Source: Lama glama
Lineage: Eukaryota
Direction of reading: 5' to 3'
Length of the DNA: 64,000 nucleotides
NCBI GenBank assembly: GCA_028534125.1
Contig: CM052846.1
Location: forward strand, 496,001 to 560,000
Shown: positions 25,191 through 37,843 of the stretch, in pieces
Numbering within the stretch: the first letter of the stretch is position 1
Layout: every line of letters begins with the position of its first letter
Program-made: the position numbers and the translations under genes
Notes under the pieces: model-generated
Database searches by the model: none
The model's input: only the letters and a program-made list of their open reading frames with translations
Told to the model about the DNA's origin: nothing

Positions 25191-25989
25191 TAGTGACTCC
25201 CTCCTGGTTACAAGGGCCATCGTCCACATGGCGGGAAGTGGAGGACACGCTTCCCTTCTTTCAGTGACACAGCAGACTCCGCGTACGCAGGAACTCTCCC
25301 AACACAGAATATTTTAAAACCCTGGGAAAATATGTTAAAATAAATATGTTAAAATGCGCAGTGATTTGAAAAGCAGGGAAAACTCATGGAGAACAAAGCC
25401 GTGCAAACTTCCTCCTTCGGGGAGAGGAGGCACCGAGGCCAGTCTCGTTCTGGGGCGCTTCCCGGACCTGTGTCTCCCGGAGCTTGGATGTGAAGGACGA
25501 CGTGTGGACCGTGGATAAAGCCTGAGACCAGGGCGGAGTGGGGGGTGGGGGGGTGGGTTCCGTCCTGGTGCCACGAGCCCTAAAGGCAAGACCCTCGAAG
25601 GGGAAGCCGCGACAAGACCTGCTGTGTAGGTGGAGAGGGTGGGGACGCCTCCGGTGGGGAGGGGAGAGCGCGGCCCCGGGGACGGAGCTTCACCACTAGA
25701 CTGCCTTCACAGTTGTCCATGTGCGGGTCACCAGTCCCGTGTGGCTCTCAGAATTTGTAAGAGGATTTTGGGAAGAGTCCGAAGAAGCAAATGCAAGCCT
25801 GCATCGAAGGAACGTACTTAGATTCTGACATCACCAGCATTTCCACAAGGTGCTGCTCGTCGTGCTCACGAGGAGACAAAACCGGGGAACAGAAGTCAGT
25901 GCTGACAATGGTGCAGAACAGAACTGCAGAAACTGCAGGGGAGGCACCGCTGTCGAACGTAGAGCGTAAAGCGTGTGTAGTTACGCTAA

Positions 25990-26740
25990 AGGTAACAAAG
26001 TGACCGCCAGGGTGTAACTAAAGGACCAGCGACAGTTTTCAAATAACCAGATAGATTTTCTAAAGATGACAAGCACGGTGGAAAGTAAGATTTCCATAAA
26101 TGGATGGAAAGTGTATGAGTCTCAGTGTTAGAAAGAATTAGCGACCTGGAAGATAGATGTTAAGAAAGTCAGATCGTTTGTTCCAAACTCCCTCGGTTTA
26201 TGGCCCTCGTGTCTGAATGCTTTTTTTTTAACCGCACCCCTAGATCAAAAGAAAGACCTAACTTAAAAATGACCCAGTGTCTAGGCCCGAACAGCTTCTA
26301 GTGTTTAGCACGGTCTCCCATGGACCCTGGTGCTTCCCGCGAACATTTAAAACTTGGCAGCGTCCGTCCTTGTGGGTTCCCTGTGGGTCCCCAGCACTCT
26401 GTGGCCAGCAGTTTGGCAACTGAGGATGTGAAGTGAAGAAGTGAGACTGGAGAACGTTAAAGAGGGGAGAACGCGACTTCACGGGCGGGTCTGACCTACG
26501 TCTGAGCGCAGTCTGGGAGTTGGAGGGGAAGCGTCACTGCAGGCGACTTTTCCAGTTTCAGATTCGGGAAGCGAAGCAAATCGCAAGCAGGATGAATAAG
26601 GTTAAATGCGTCCCCAGACACGCTGTGCCCGACCTGCAGAAACCAGAGACAGAAAGCCCGGAAGAGTGGGGTCGACTGAGCTGCCTTCACAAGGGCAGAG
26701 ATGAGTGCACTGACCAAAGAGGACCACAGACACTTTGAAA
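25990..26740 (+). mobile_element. ancient L1 ORF1 remnant interrupted by a DNA transposon
   Basis: agaattagcgacctggaagataga translates as RISDLEDR. ORF 26520-26738 QIREAKQIASRMNKVKCVPRHAVPDLQK resembles L1 ORF1p QIQEAQR.P...N.K...PRHI..KL.K. Confidence 0.65.
26172..26422 (+). mobile_element. MER119-like hAT-Charlie DNA transposon, internally deleted
   Basis: The 5' end gttccaaact...gcacccctagatcaaaagaaagacctaac and the 3' end atttaaaa...cagtttggcaac match recalled MER119 ends. The decayed terminal inverted repeats are gttccaaact / agtttggcaac. Confidence 0.65.
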
Positions 26741-26869
26741 CACTCTCCTCCCTGTGTGAACTGTGTAAGTATTATTTTCAAATTAAACGCCACATAATAG
26801 TTTTGTGTCCTGCTCTCCTAAGTTAATACAGTGTGAATGTGTCATTCACCATTGAACAAAGTTTGATTT

Positions 26870-27101
26870 TTGAATGAACGCGTAACAGGTGCCAGGCGCT
26901 CTTCTAAGCACCTCGTGAATGTCCGTTTACTTAATGTTAATACTGATTCCATGAGGCTCTATTTTCCCCAGTTTGCAGGTGAAGAAACGTTGGCCCAAAG
27001 ACGTTAAGTAACTTCCGCAAGGACCCTCAGTCAGTGAGCAGAGTCAGGATTGAAAACTGGGCGGTCTGACTGCAGATCCCGTGTTCCCAACCCTACGCCA
27101 C
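26870..27101 (-). mobile_element. MIR SINE, near full length
   Basis: gtgccaggcgctcttctaagcac...ccccagtttgcaggtgaagaaac..ggcccaaagacgttaagtaactt..caagg...gtctgactgcaga. Confidence 0.85.
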
Positions 27102-27234
27102 GTTACATTCCATTTTTGAATGCCCTGTTGAACAATTCTAGAAAATGTGAACTTTAGTATTTGAATAATGTCCTCGTTTGCATGTATAATGATTAAATAG
27201 TTCCTTATATATGGATGCAGTTTTTTGGCTAATT

Positions 27235-27372
27235 TTGTTTGTTTTGTTTTGTTTGCGGGGGGAGGAGGTAATTAGGTTTATTTATCTATTTTACTGGAGG
27301 CACCTGGGAATCGAACCCGGGACCTCATGCATGCTGGGCGCACGCTCTACCGCTGAGCTGTACCCTCCCCGC
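27235..27372 (-). mobile_element. tRNA-Ala-derived SINE (camelid vic-1 type)
   Basis: The reverse complement reads GGGGAGGGTACAGCTCAGCGGTAGAGCGTGCGCCCAGCATGCATGAGGTCCCGGGTTCGATTCCCAGGTGCCTCCA, with an A box and B box GGTTCGATTCC. It continues with AAACCTAATTACCTCC and an A-rich tail. TSD is TTTTTT(G/T)GCTAATT at 27221-27234 / 27373-27386. Confidence 0.9.
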
Positions 27373-28429
27373 TTTTTTTGCTAATTCTGAGCGTTACAAA
27401 TACATGCCCGTTTGTCCACCTGTTTGCCTGACTGATTTGTGTATTAAGATGCATTTTTAGAAGTTTAAAAGTACTTAATGTTTAAAACTCAGGAGCGTCC
27501 GAAAGGCACCAGTAGAAACGTCTGCTCCCTGGTCAGATGTTGTTTCCAGCCCCGAGACCGCGCCCGCCCTCCGCAGAACCTTGCCAACAGTGAGTGTAAG
27601 GGCTTCGAGCTTCACATGCTCGGATTATGATTTAGGATGGTTGAAAGCTTGTTTTACTGTGACTGTAATTCCTGATTTACGGGTGATTTTGAGCGCTTTG
27701 CACCGTGTGCTGTAAGTCCGCTGTTTGCCTTCCTGCCTGTGATCTCTGCTGATTTTCTCTCGGCGTCTGTGATTTTTCTTGAAAGGCATCGGTCTGCGTG
27801 TCTCCCTGACACGTGCTACGGCAGTCATTTCACATGATGTGTTTGCATCACGTGTTCCTCGGAGAGTTTGACTTTTTATTTACCTCGTGGTATTTCCGGC
27901 GTTTTTGCCTTCAAACAGATCTCGTGTGTGCCTCTTTCGGTCTGCTGCGTTTACGCGACCCATCCTCACGCCCGCGTTTCCAGGACAACAGTCTTACAGG
28001 TGCTTTAACAGTCTGTTACTTCACATGGAGTCCTTAGAGCCGTCTGGACTAGCTTCTGCAGCATGTACCGACGTGGAGCTCTGTTTTAATTTTGTCTTCC
28101 CAACGTTGCACCCTGCCGGGACCCCCAGCTTCCTCCAGCTTCTGCTCTTCACAGGCTTGTCCTAGAGAGACGCCACCTTCTCGTCTGCTTTTCCCTGAGC
28201 CTGTTCACAGTCGGCCTTTATATCCTGTCTTTCCACCCAACCACCTCTTACCACACCACCAGTGAGACCCATGCCTCCAGGTCCGTCGGTCCATTTCAGG
28301 CTCAGACAGTGTGACCCGCCATCACCGTGTGTGCGGCGGGGTCGGTCCCTTCCTCCCCCACAACCTCCTCCCTCCCTGCAGCTCCTTCCCTGTCCGTTTT
28401 GCTTGTTCCACCTCGTGATCCCAATTCTC

Positions 28430-29320
28430 AGTCTTGCCAGGCCCCAGATCTCGGTCGGATACTTCCCTCAGCTCAGTCCCCTCATGGTTTCATCCAGACG
28501 CATGGCTTTGAATAAAACCCATAATTCTGACTCCCAGATGTGCAGCCTGGACCTCTCCCCTGCTCTCTCCTGTAGGTGCGCCAGGCTTCTCAACATTTCT
28601 GCCTGGTGCAGACTCCTAAGCCACCCTCCCCAAACTGCGCCCTGTGAGGTCATCCCAGGGCAGCAGAGGAACCTGCCTCTTCCCGTCCCAGGCCACTCGA
28701 GGGTCCCCAGTGACCCCTCCCTCCCTCCCTCCCATTCCTCACTCTCACCCCTTCAGGGCATCCTGTTGGCTCCACCGCCTCCAAAGTCAGCCTTACCATC
28801 CTCGCTCTTTTCTGTTCACCGTATCTTGGGTGGATTATGGCAGTAATTCAACAGATGGTCCCATTTTCATCCTTGTTTCTTCATGGTCTGTTTTTAACTA
28901 AGCAACCAGAGTGAACACTTTAAAATGATAGACCGTGTCCTGCCTCTGCTCTGTGCCTTCCAGTGGCTTCTTGTCTTACTTGGGGTAAAATCTCAAACAG
29001 TGGCGTAGAAGACCTTTGTATCCCCAGGACCTGCCTGGCCCCATTCCTGCTCCTCCCCTGCCCTGTTTGCTCCGGGGGCGGGTGGCTTGGTCTGCTGGCT
29101 CTTCCTGAAACACATCATCCACTCGTCCCTCAGAGGCTTCGCAGGTTCCGTGCCCTCCGGGAAGGCTCTCCTCGCCCCTCACTTCATCCTCAAGTCTTGT
29201 ACCTTCCAGTGACTCCCCCACCCTGTTGGAGAATTCCGCCTCCCTCCACGCTGCCCCCCCTCCGTGTCTGTCCCGTCACCCTTAACGTCCAGTAGGTGCT
29301 CATGTGTGTCAGAGTAATTC
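28430..29320 (+). mobile_element. L2 (L2a-like) 3' portion
   Basis: catggctttgaataa...gactcccagat...gcctggacctctcccctg; agcaaccagagtga..tttaaaa; ccttccagtggcttc; ends near cagtaggtgctca. Confidence 0.8.
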
Positions 29321-29329
29321 TGAGCGAAG

Positions 29330-31900
29330 CTCATCCCTTTGACTGGTCTGTCCTCAATCACTGAGCCAAGTAGAATCTGAGTTAATCATCATGATTTTGT
29401 CAAATGTGGTGCGTGTCTGGGGAGGAAAGCCTTCTTTATTATTATTATTTACAAAATTCTCTTGGTTTTTCTTAGCTTTTATGCCAGCTTAATTTTAAAA
29501 GTACTCTGTCATGCTATAAAAGAAAAAAAATCAAGTTGAGCTTTTAATTAGGCTTTCATAATAGAAGGAAATTAGTATTTCATAATACGTAGGCATTTGT
29601 TTGGAAAAAAATGCCTTTATGGTTTTCGCTCTTCCTTTCTGGGAACGTGGTATGTTTTCCCATTTATTCAAGTCGGCTTTCTGTCAGCAAAGTTCTACAG
29701 GTCTCCTTTATGTTTTACTCTGTTTTTTCCTTCCACTGTGCTTCGGTTGTTGATAACTGTTTCCATTATATATTTTAAAAGGTTATTTTCAGGTAGATTT
29801 AAAAGAAACTGTATCTGACAAGACTGCGCAGCCGTCACGGCTTTGGCAGCAGCTTCGACACTGACGCGCCTTCCACACCTGACCCCGGGGCCGGCTCCTC
29901 CACGTTCTGTCCCCTTGGGTTTTCTAAGTGGACGTGGTGACGGTTCCGTCTCGGGCTGCAGCGCCTTGGCCGGACTCCACAAGGGTGCGTGGAATTACAG
30001 GGGTAACTGCCCCTTCTCTCCCTGCCCACTCCTCAGTGCAGTGTCCGTGGGGCATCTGCTATCATGGTAGGGAAATATCTGTACCCATTTTACTGAAAAC
30101 TCTTTAGAAAAAACAAGGAAGCGCTGAGGATCTTGTGTTTTTTGTTTGCATCGGTTGAGTGAATGTTACCTTTTGGTCTGATTAACAGATTTCTCAATAT
30201 TAAACCACAGAACTAGTGGTCCTGAGTGGTTTTAAAAACACACAATTGAATTTAATTTATCGATATTTAAAGAGGATTTTGCATCTGTATTCGTGTCCCT
30301 GGTCTGCAGTTTTCATTTCAGTGCTATCTTTTGCAGTTTGTTGGAATTCGCATTACGGTATTTTTATGAAATAATTTGGGAAGCAATTTATCTTCCACAC
30401 TTGGGGCAGACAGCTGTGTGTGTGTGTGTGTACACAGATACGTGCACAGATATTTGTATGGCAGGTACCTGCTTCTGAAATATTTCACAGCACTTATTCT
30501 TAAAAACCACTTGGTCTCAGAGCCCCCACGCCGTTCTGACAGCCGGGTGCCCTGTCCCCGCGGTTGCCGACGGGTTCCCGTGTCCACTGCTTTCAAAGGG
30601 GGTCTTAACACCTGCTTGCTTTTGCAGTCAGCAGCTTGTTTCCACTGCGTTTTCAGATCCTGGCTGTGCGGTTGCACAGAGCACTTTCTTACACGCAAGG
30701 AAGTGTTTTCTGAACCTGCTGCCGTGGCCCTTTCTCGTTTCCAGCTCTGCTTACTTTTATTTTCTCCATGTTTCTTAGTTTTTCAAAAGGCATGAGGGCT
30801 AATTCAAAAATTGTCTTTTTAATAGTGAAGTATTTCAGATCTGGAGCCCACCATTTTGGTAAGTTTTGAATTCAGTCTTTCGTCCCCAAAACTGGCTTCC
30901 GCTTTAGCTTGTCTCTGAGGCTGCGTTCCTTTAGGAGAGTAACTTCTGGTGTCCCGCTGATTGCCTTTTCATCTGCTTACATTTCTGTTCCGACTTCCTC
31001 TTCGTCCTGGAGCGTGGTCAGAGGCTGTCACCGTGCGCTCCTGACACTGAGAGTTTACGGGAGCTGCTTTGTGATCTGGCAGATTAAGTTTTCTCACGGT
31101 CCAGGGTCACCTGAAAACAAGGTGCCTCCCTGGCTGTGGGGAAGGACCTGTTGTCAATTCAGTCCTTTGAATTGTGCGGTCGTGCTCTCTGTGTCTTTAG
31201 TTTGGGCGTCGACTGTTTTAAAGTGCCATGGCCCTGGCAGTAGTGTTTCTGCCTGTTTATCCTCATTTGCTGCCAACAAGTTATCCGTGTCAGTTTGTAT
31301 ATTCTTTTTAAAAAAACTGACTTTTCTGCATAAACCTCCATTAAAAACACCTATTCATTTAGAAATGCACTTATCCTCACTGTACTCTTTGGCCTCTGTG
31401 GCGGCGAATTCTCCTTTCAGTGATGCTCATACTTCTAACCCTTCTTTCTGTTTTGGAGCCGTGAACAGCAGGCTCCGGCATCTGCTGCCCCTGGGGTCCG
31501 AGCTGACATCCCCGGGGGCGCCTGCATCTGAGAGCAGGTCCCTCTGCGTCCGCCCGCGCACCGCTGGTTCTGCTCTGACAGCAGCGCTCTCTCAGCGCGC
31601 CGGTGGTGCGGGCACCGGGCAGCCTTGCTTGGTCTTCAGTTGTTATGTCTCCCGGGCCCCTGGCAGCTTCCCGTTTCCCGTGCGTCCCCCAGGTCACAGC
31701 AGACCGCAGCCTCCCCGGCTGTCCCATCACGTCTGCTGCTCAGCCTCGCGCCACGTGGAAGCCGCTCCCGGGGCCTGGCCGTGCGGGAAAGCCTGTCCGT
31801 CTGCTTTCAGGGTCTTGTCTTGCTTTCCTTTCCATCCTCTTCTCTCCAGCATCTTCACAGGCATTTTTGTGGACAGTCGGTAGAGACATCAGGGGCTGCT
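29330..31900 (-). mobile_element. fragmented ancient L1 remnant(s)
   Basis: Antisense ORF2 landmarks such as ttttcccatttattcaagtc (29655) and aggattttgcatctgtattc (30273). The right boundary is uncertain. Confidence 0.55.
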
Positions 31901-32269
31901 TGTTCAGTGAAACAGAACAGAGTCTGCTCCTGGAATGCTCCTCGCAGGCGTGGTCTGTGCGGTCAGCACTGTGTGTTAAGACCTCCCGTCTGGTCAGAGT
32001 GTGAGCGCTCACCTTGGGGTCGTTGATGGAGTCGCAGAAAGCCGTCAGTCTCCCGTGATGGAAAGGAGCAAGAAGCAAGCAGACAGATGCCTACCATGCG
32101 GCTGCGCCCGCAGCAGGGGAAGTGCGCCTGTAGGCACGTGTGCGGCTGTGAACTGAGGGCTGGGTGGGGGGAGCTCACACCAGTCCTGAACTTGCCAGCG
32201 CTGAAGAGTGAGGACTTCTGGCCACTTGCTGCAGGAGGAACGGTTTTGGGGAGGAAATAGTTTTTATTA

Positions 32270-32462
32270 CATAGGGAAAAGGTTTATGTTATCTCATAAA
32301 GAAACATGTAGGGAAGAAGAATGAAAATGTGGGAAAATGGATGAATTTAAGATGAAAGTATATTTAAAACGGGGGAGCCAAGCAGGCGGGTGTATTAACG
32401 CCAATTTCACTCTTTCCTTCTTTGTACGTGGAGAACATTTTCATAGTAAAAAACATAAAGAA
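32270..32462 (+). mobile_element. L1ME/MC-type 3' tail
   Basis: tttgtacgtggagaacattttcatagtaaaaaa resembles old L1 3' termini. Confidence 0.4.
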
Positions 32463-33419
32463 AACAGAAGCGGGGAAAGGTGACTCATCTGGGGACATCC
32501 TCTCTGGGAGTGTGCAGGGTGCTGGGTGCAGAGGAGCAGAGCCCCGGGATCAGGCGGGGAAGGGTCTTCAGCGTCGAAGCTGTGGCTGGAGCCGTGACAG
32601 GGTAAGGCGAGCTCAGAGAGCCACTTCCTGAATACGTAGTATCTGGCCATTTGGGCCACTGTGCTTAATCCACATGGGTGTTTGAGGATGACCGATACTA
32701 TGCAGACAGAGGTCCTGCACACCTGCCTGCACCGCACCTGTCTGCCCGGCAGGCAGGGGCGCCTAGCCAGGGCTCCCATCCCTACAGGAGGTGGTGGGGC
32801 CACTGGCTTCCTGCAGAGACCAGCAGAAAGACTTGTGGGCTCAGTGGAGCCACCTTTGCCGCTGACTGCAGTATGAAGAAGGCTACCTTTTCTGCAGTGT
32901 TTCTGAAAAGGAAGGGAACACCTGGAGTGTTCGTGGGATTTGAGCTGGGGTTTCTGTGAGGGGCCCAGCTGGGCCCGGGCAGGGCTGTTGGGCAGTCTAT
33001 ATTAGGATCATGTGTGTTACGGTAGAGTTGGTGCACTCAGGAAGGAGGATTTTGAATCAAGCTTCAGAGTAAACAATTTGGTGATCACAGACGAACAGTC
33101 TGTTCTTCTTAAAAGGGGCAATTTAAGCTAATAGAGTGGCCTGTTATTGAGATCAGCAGATTTTCAAAACGTTCCTAAAACAAAGTTACTTGCAACTTTA
33201 TTTTCTGGGTCCAGAATTTTCGGGAATAGTGACCTTCTGTGAACGTAGCGCATCAGGCAGTAACGTCTGGTCCACGGCAAACTGCGTGGCCGTGGGTAGC
33301 GCCAGGTCACGGGGACACTGTGGTGTGTGTCTGTGGACTGTTTCTACTCGATGTTGGTGTCTGTGGCATGTTGCTACCTTCGCAGCAGATGGATGCATTG
33401 TTTGGTGAAGTTTAATGAC

Positions 33420-33870
33420 GCTTGTCACCCATCTGGCAATATGTAGCCAAGGTCTCAAAATAACCTTTGAACCAGCAGCTTAAGTCGCAGGAAGCAGCCG
33501 AGACCTGGATGAAGATGTGAACAAAGACGGTTGTCACAGCGCTTCCAGAATAGAAACGACAAAGTGATCTCAAATGGGCAAACAGAAAACAAGCTGTGAC
33601 TTAGCCGGGGGGTAGGAAGCGATGTGTAACCAGGACAAAGCACGCCTTTCAGCAGTGTTTGATACTGTGGGGAAACGCCCCAAACTAAACTAAACCGGGA
33701 TATAAAACTACGTGAAATCGTAGCGCACACGGCTGAATGGAAATACGCCGACTTTCTGCGGGTGGTCGTCTCAGTTGTGAGATGGCTGATTAACTTCATT
33801 TTCCTATTTGAACTTCTGTTTTCTACAAATGTTTAAAATGAACGTTTTTCTTATCTGAAAATAAACACTA
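33420..33870 (+). mobile_element. L1ME-type 3' end
   Basis: acctttgaaccagca...aaagacggttgtcacagcg... ending in ttcattttcc...ttttctacaaatgtttaaaatgaac...aaataaa. Confidence 0.5.
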
Positions 33871-34879
33871 AGTAACGATGGTGGTGATGATACTGAAGTG
33901 ATGGAAGGTGGTCCAGCTGCGTTCCAAAGAGGAGAGGCTCTGCCTGTGTCTCAGCAGAGCTAATGGTGCCGTAGAGGCGGGGAGGTCAAAGCGAAGGGCG
34001 TGTGGAAAGGGGGTGGCCTGGGGGCTCACACCGGTGCGCAGCCCTGGACTCTACTGTGTTGCTGCGGATTAGCGCGCAGTGATGGAGGCCGACGCGACTC
34101 GCTGTCGGACACGCCGAGCACCGCCGGAGCCCTTCAGCCGCGGGTAACGTTGACCGTCCCCCTGGTGCTCAGCAGCCTCCCTCTCCCTCCTTGGCTCCCC
34201 GTCCTCTGCCGTCCCGGGCAGGCCTGTTCTTTCCCCGCCCGGGAACGCGACCCCCCGAGGGCTCGTCCTTCACTGCTCCCTTCTCCGCTCTGTGAGCGTC
34301 TGTGACTCCTTGTGGCCGGGACCTTTGTGAAACAGGGCCCAGAGAACTCAGACGGCCCGCCTGCAGGCGCTAGGGTGCAGGCTGCGTTCTCCGGGTCAGC
34401 GGCCGCGCAGGGGGCTTACTCTCCCTGCCGCCCGCAGGCAGCCGCAGCTGCACGGAGCTGCACTAGCCCATCACAGCTGCATTCTTCCTGCCTAAAATGC
34501 CGGCTGCTGACGTGAAGGAGATAAATAATAAGATAGGAAAACTCCAAAATGAGGCAATTAAAGCGATCAGGGGGATGATTGGGTCCTGAAGCAAAGGATG
34601 CAGTTCTTTTCAGGATGGAGAGACAACTGCTGACAGAAGATGAGTGTTTATAACATGACACGGATAAACCCCGTCTCGGTTCTGGGACACGCTGGAGGTG
34701 AGGACTTGGAACGTCAGGGAGGGGACGGGGCGGGCAGAGCAGCTCGGGTCCCGCAGAGGAGCAGGAAGGGACGGGAGGCGCTGCACACGCCCTCAGACGA
34801 CAGGCAGAGCGTCGTCTGCTGCTCCGGGCTCTGCCGCCGGCGGCCACGTCTCCTTCCCCTTTAGGGCTCAGACTTCTTT

Positions 34880-35425
34880 GTCTTAATTGAAGCGTAGTTG
34901 CTGTGCAATATTCTGTAAGTTGCCCGTGTATCGTATAGTGAGTCACAGTTTTTAAGGTTACACTCCATTTATAGTTACTGTAAAATATGGGCTCACTCCC
35001 CATGTTGTGCAATGATCCTTGTGGCTTACTTTGTCCCTAACAGTTTGTACCTCTTGGCTCCTCCCCTACACGGCCCCACCCCCGTCCTCATGACCAACCT
35101 CCGGTTTGTTCTGAGTCTGCTTCTTTTTGTGTTGTATTCACTAGTTTGTTGTATATTTTAGATTCCACATAGAAGTGACATCATACAGTATCTGTCTCTG
35201 TCTGACTGATTTCACTTAGCCTAGCACCCTCCAGGTCCATCCATGCACTTTGCTGCAAATGGCAAAATTTTATTCTTTTTTTATGGCTGAGTACTATTCC
35301 ATTGTGTATATGTACCACAGCTTCTCCATCCAGTCGTCTGGTGAGGGGCACTTAGGCTGCTTCCATACCTTGGCTGTTGTAAATAGTGCTGCCATGAACA
35401 CTGAGGTGCGTGTAGACTCTCAGAT
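34880..35425 (-). mobile_element. cetartiodactyl-type L1 3' end
   Basis: tttttaaggttacactccatttatagtta...ttttagattccacat...ccctccaggtccatccatg...tgcaaatggcaaaatttt...atggctgagtactattccattgtgtatatgtaccaca. Confidence 0.92.
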
Positions 35426-35920
35426 AGAATTAACTGGGCTTCAGAATGTTTTCTGATCCAAAGTTCTATTTTATAATAAAATGTAAATATGGCATTCATA
35501 ATAATAACAATTTATAATGTCTCAAAATATTACACAGACTCAGAACGTAAGGAGGCTTGGGAAGTGTTTGTGAATATCTGAGGTTGCCTATGACGTGTAA
35601 CAATCATGCGAAGGAGTTCAGTGGTTCCTAACAAGACGTGAGGGAGCGTGGCGAGGCGTCCTCTCCGTCTGTCCCCAGGCGAGGACAGGCACATGGCGCA
35701 GCATCCGTCATTGAACCTCTGTTTACATGCACAGTGGCTTTGGCCTGAGAGAAGGTGCAGCCTAGTGTTGTTTTAGAAGAATGACATGAAAAAATGACTT
35801 GAAGTTCCACTCTCACGCCCTTACCCACATCTTAGTGCCCGGCAGTGATTCCCAGCACACGCGCAGCGAATCAAATCCCTCACACTGCTTCCTCGGTGTA
35901 AAAATCAGTGAAGAACCAAA

Positions 35921-36169
35921 GCTTTTTTTTTTTTTTAATTGAAGCACCGTCAGTTATGTTGTGCCCATTTCTGGTGCACAGCACAGTGTCCCAGGCATGC
36001 GTATACGTGCGTATGTTCATTTTCATATTCTTTTTCATTAAAGGTCATTACAAGGTAGTTCCCTGTGCTGTACAGCAGAAACTTTTTTTTAAAATCTATT
36101 TTTATATGTAGTGGCTATTATTTGTAAATCTCAAACTCCCAAATTTACCCCTTCCCACCCCTTTTCCCC
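35921..36169 (-). mobile_element. 5'-truncated L1 3' end with target site duplication
   Basis: Poly-T at 35923-35936 followed by an L1 3' UTR. Flanking direct repeat GAAGAACCAAA at 35910-35920 and 36170-36180. Confidence 0.9.
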
Positions 36170-36653
36170 GAAGAACCAAAACGTTTTACTTGTAGGGAGC
36201 TACAAACCCCACCCCCACGGCTATGAATGACAGTCTAAGCGGTGCCGACTCTAAATGCTGCTTCTTCCTGGGGCCAAGAGGAGCCCTGGCTCAGGGCTGA
36301 CTGGGGCTGCTCCGTCACTGACCGTTTTCCTGGTTCCTACTTTCCACCTCCTCTTGGGCCCAGAACCACTGAGGCTGAAGGCTGGAGCGAGATTTGCCTG
36401 GCAGTGTAGTCGCCCCTAGAGGGAAAGGAGCTTAAAAGATATTTGAGAAGCATCACTATTTCAAAAGAAAGATAAAATACCAGGTTGTAGATTTCATCAG
36501 AGGCAAAAACACTAGACTTGGTGAATAAAAATTAAAATGAGTTTGACAAACAAGACGAGAGATTAGCAGTTTGAATCAAGAACAAGAAAACATAAAGAAC
36601 CCAGAAAAATAGCCAGTATGACAAATGTAATAGTCAAATTTAAAAAGAAACTA

Positions 36654-36755
36654 AATATGAAAACAAATATATGCGTGTATGTGCATGGCTGGGACTCTTG
36701 CGTGCCCCAGGAATGGATACGTTGTAACTGACAACACTTCAGTTAAAAAGAAACG
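36654..36755 (+). mobile_element. short L1 3'-terminal fragment
   Basis: aatatgaaaacaaatatatg...gcatggctgggac...ttgtaactgacaacacttcagttaaaaa is the reverse-complement paralogue of the 20771 and 35935 copies. Confidence 0.75.
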
Positions 36756-37843
36756 TACTTCGATAAAAAAGAGACAGATCTGCTTTAAAAAAAAATAAAA
36801 AGAAATCACGGATGGACAAATAGAATGAACACCAAGGAATCAGTTCTTTTGAAACAGGAAAGGCAAACACTGGGGGACACAGGTGTGGCTGAGACATGCA
36901 GACGGGCCACAGCGATGGCTGAAAAGTGGGTCTCAGAAGGAGAGTCTTTTTAAAGGAAATGAGAAAATAATTGAAATCACACATTTCTCAAAATCAAAAA
37001 ATATTATGGTTGGAAATGTTTCAAAGGACGTCAGAGGGGAAAGAGAAGAAAAGATCCACTCCTAGAAACATAATGAAATTTGGAAACATTAAAGTCAGAA
37101 AATTCCAAAAGTTGACAGAGAAAGAAGTAAGAATCATGCTGGCAGTAGATTCGTCCACAACGCTTGCTGCCTGATAACAAGCATCTAAAACCTGGGTGCT
37201 TATATACAGCTGAATTTTCAGTCAAATATTGAGGGTATGGTAAAAATATTCTTAAAATTACAGAATACACAACTTTATATAAACAAATATACCTCACTAA
37301 AATTCATTTAAAAGGAATTAATCAGTAACTAGTAAAGAAACTGCAGAGGTTAAGAATCTCTCCAGAAAGAAACAGTATGCCGGTGTGGTTTTGCAGATAG
37401 TTCTTTCCAGAACTTAGAGGGGAAATCTCACTTTTACATAAACTTCTCCAGAAAAGCAAAATAAATGAAATACTCTCAAACTTATTTTATAAACATGGCG
37501 TTATTCTGTTACTAAACCTAGAAAATAAAGGAAAGGAAAACTAAATGCATTTTATTCTTTTAGATAAAAGCAAAATTTCTGAGCAATATATTAACGAAGT
37601 CCCACAGTGTACTTTTAAAAAATTGCACTGTCCCATAATCATGTTGGGTTTATTCCAGGTATCAAGAATTATCTATTAGAAAATTCATAACATAATTTGT
37701 ATTAACAGGTGAAAAGGCAAAAAGCTGTATGAACATCTCAATAGACACGTAAGCGTTTAGTACAGTTCCATGCTCATTGTTAATTAAGAGAAAAAGCTAC
37801 TAGGAAGTTAGGACTGTTTGAGAACTTCCAAAACCTGATGGAG

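Noticed and set aside
27295-27370. tRNA-Ala gene
   Set aside because: Anticodon stem and loop are degraded, and it has a SINE tail and TSD. It is a SINE.
30909-31883. 324-aa ORF
   Set aside because: Non-ATG start, no recognisable domain, and it overlies an antisense L1 remnant.
34934-34944. TATAGTGAGTC resembling part of the T7 promoter
   Set aside because: Only 11 bp, embedded in an L1 3' UTR. Coincidental, not vector contamination.
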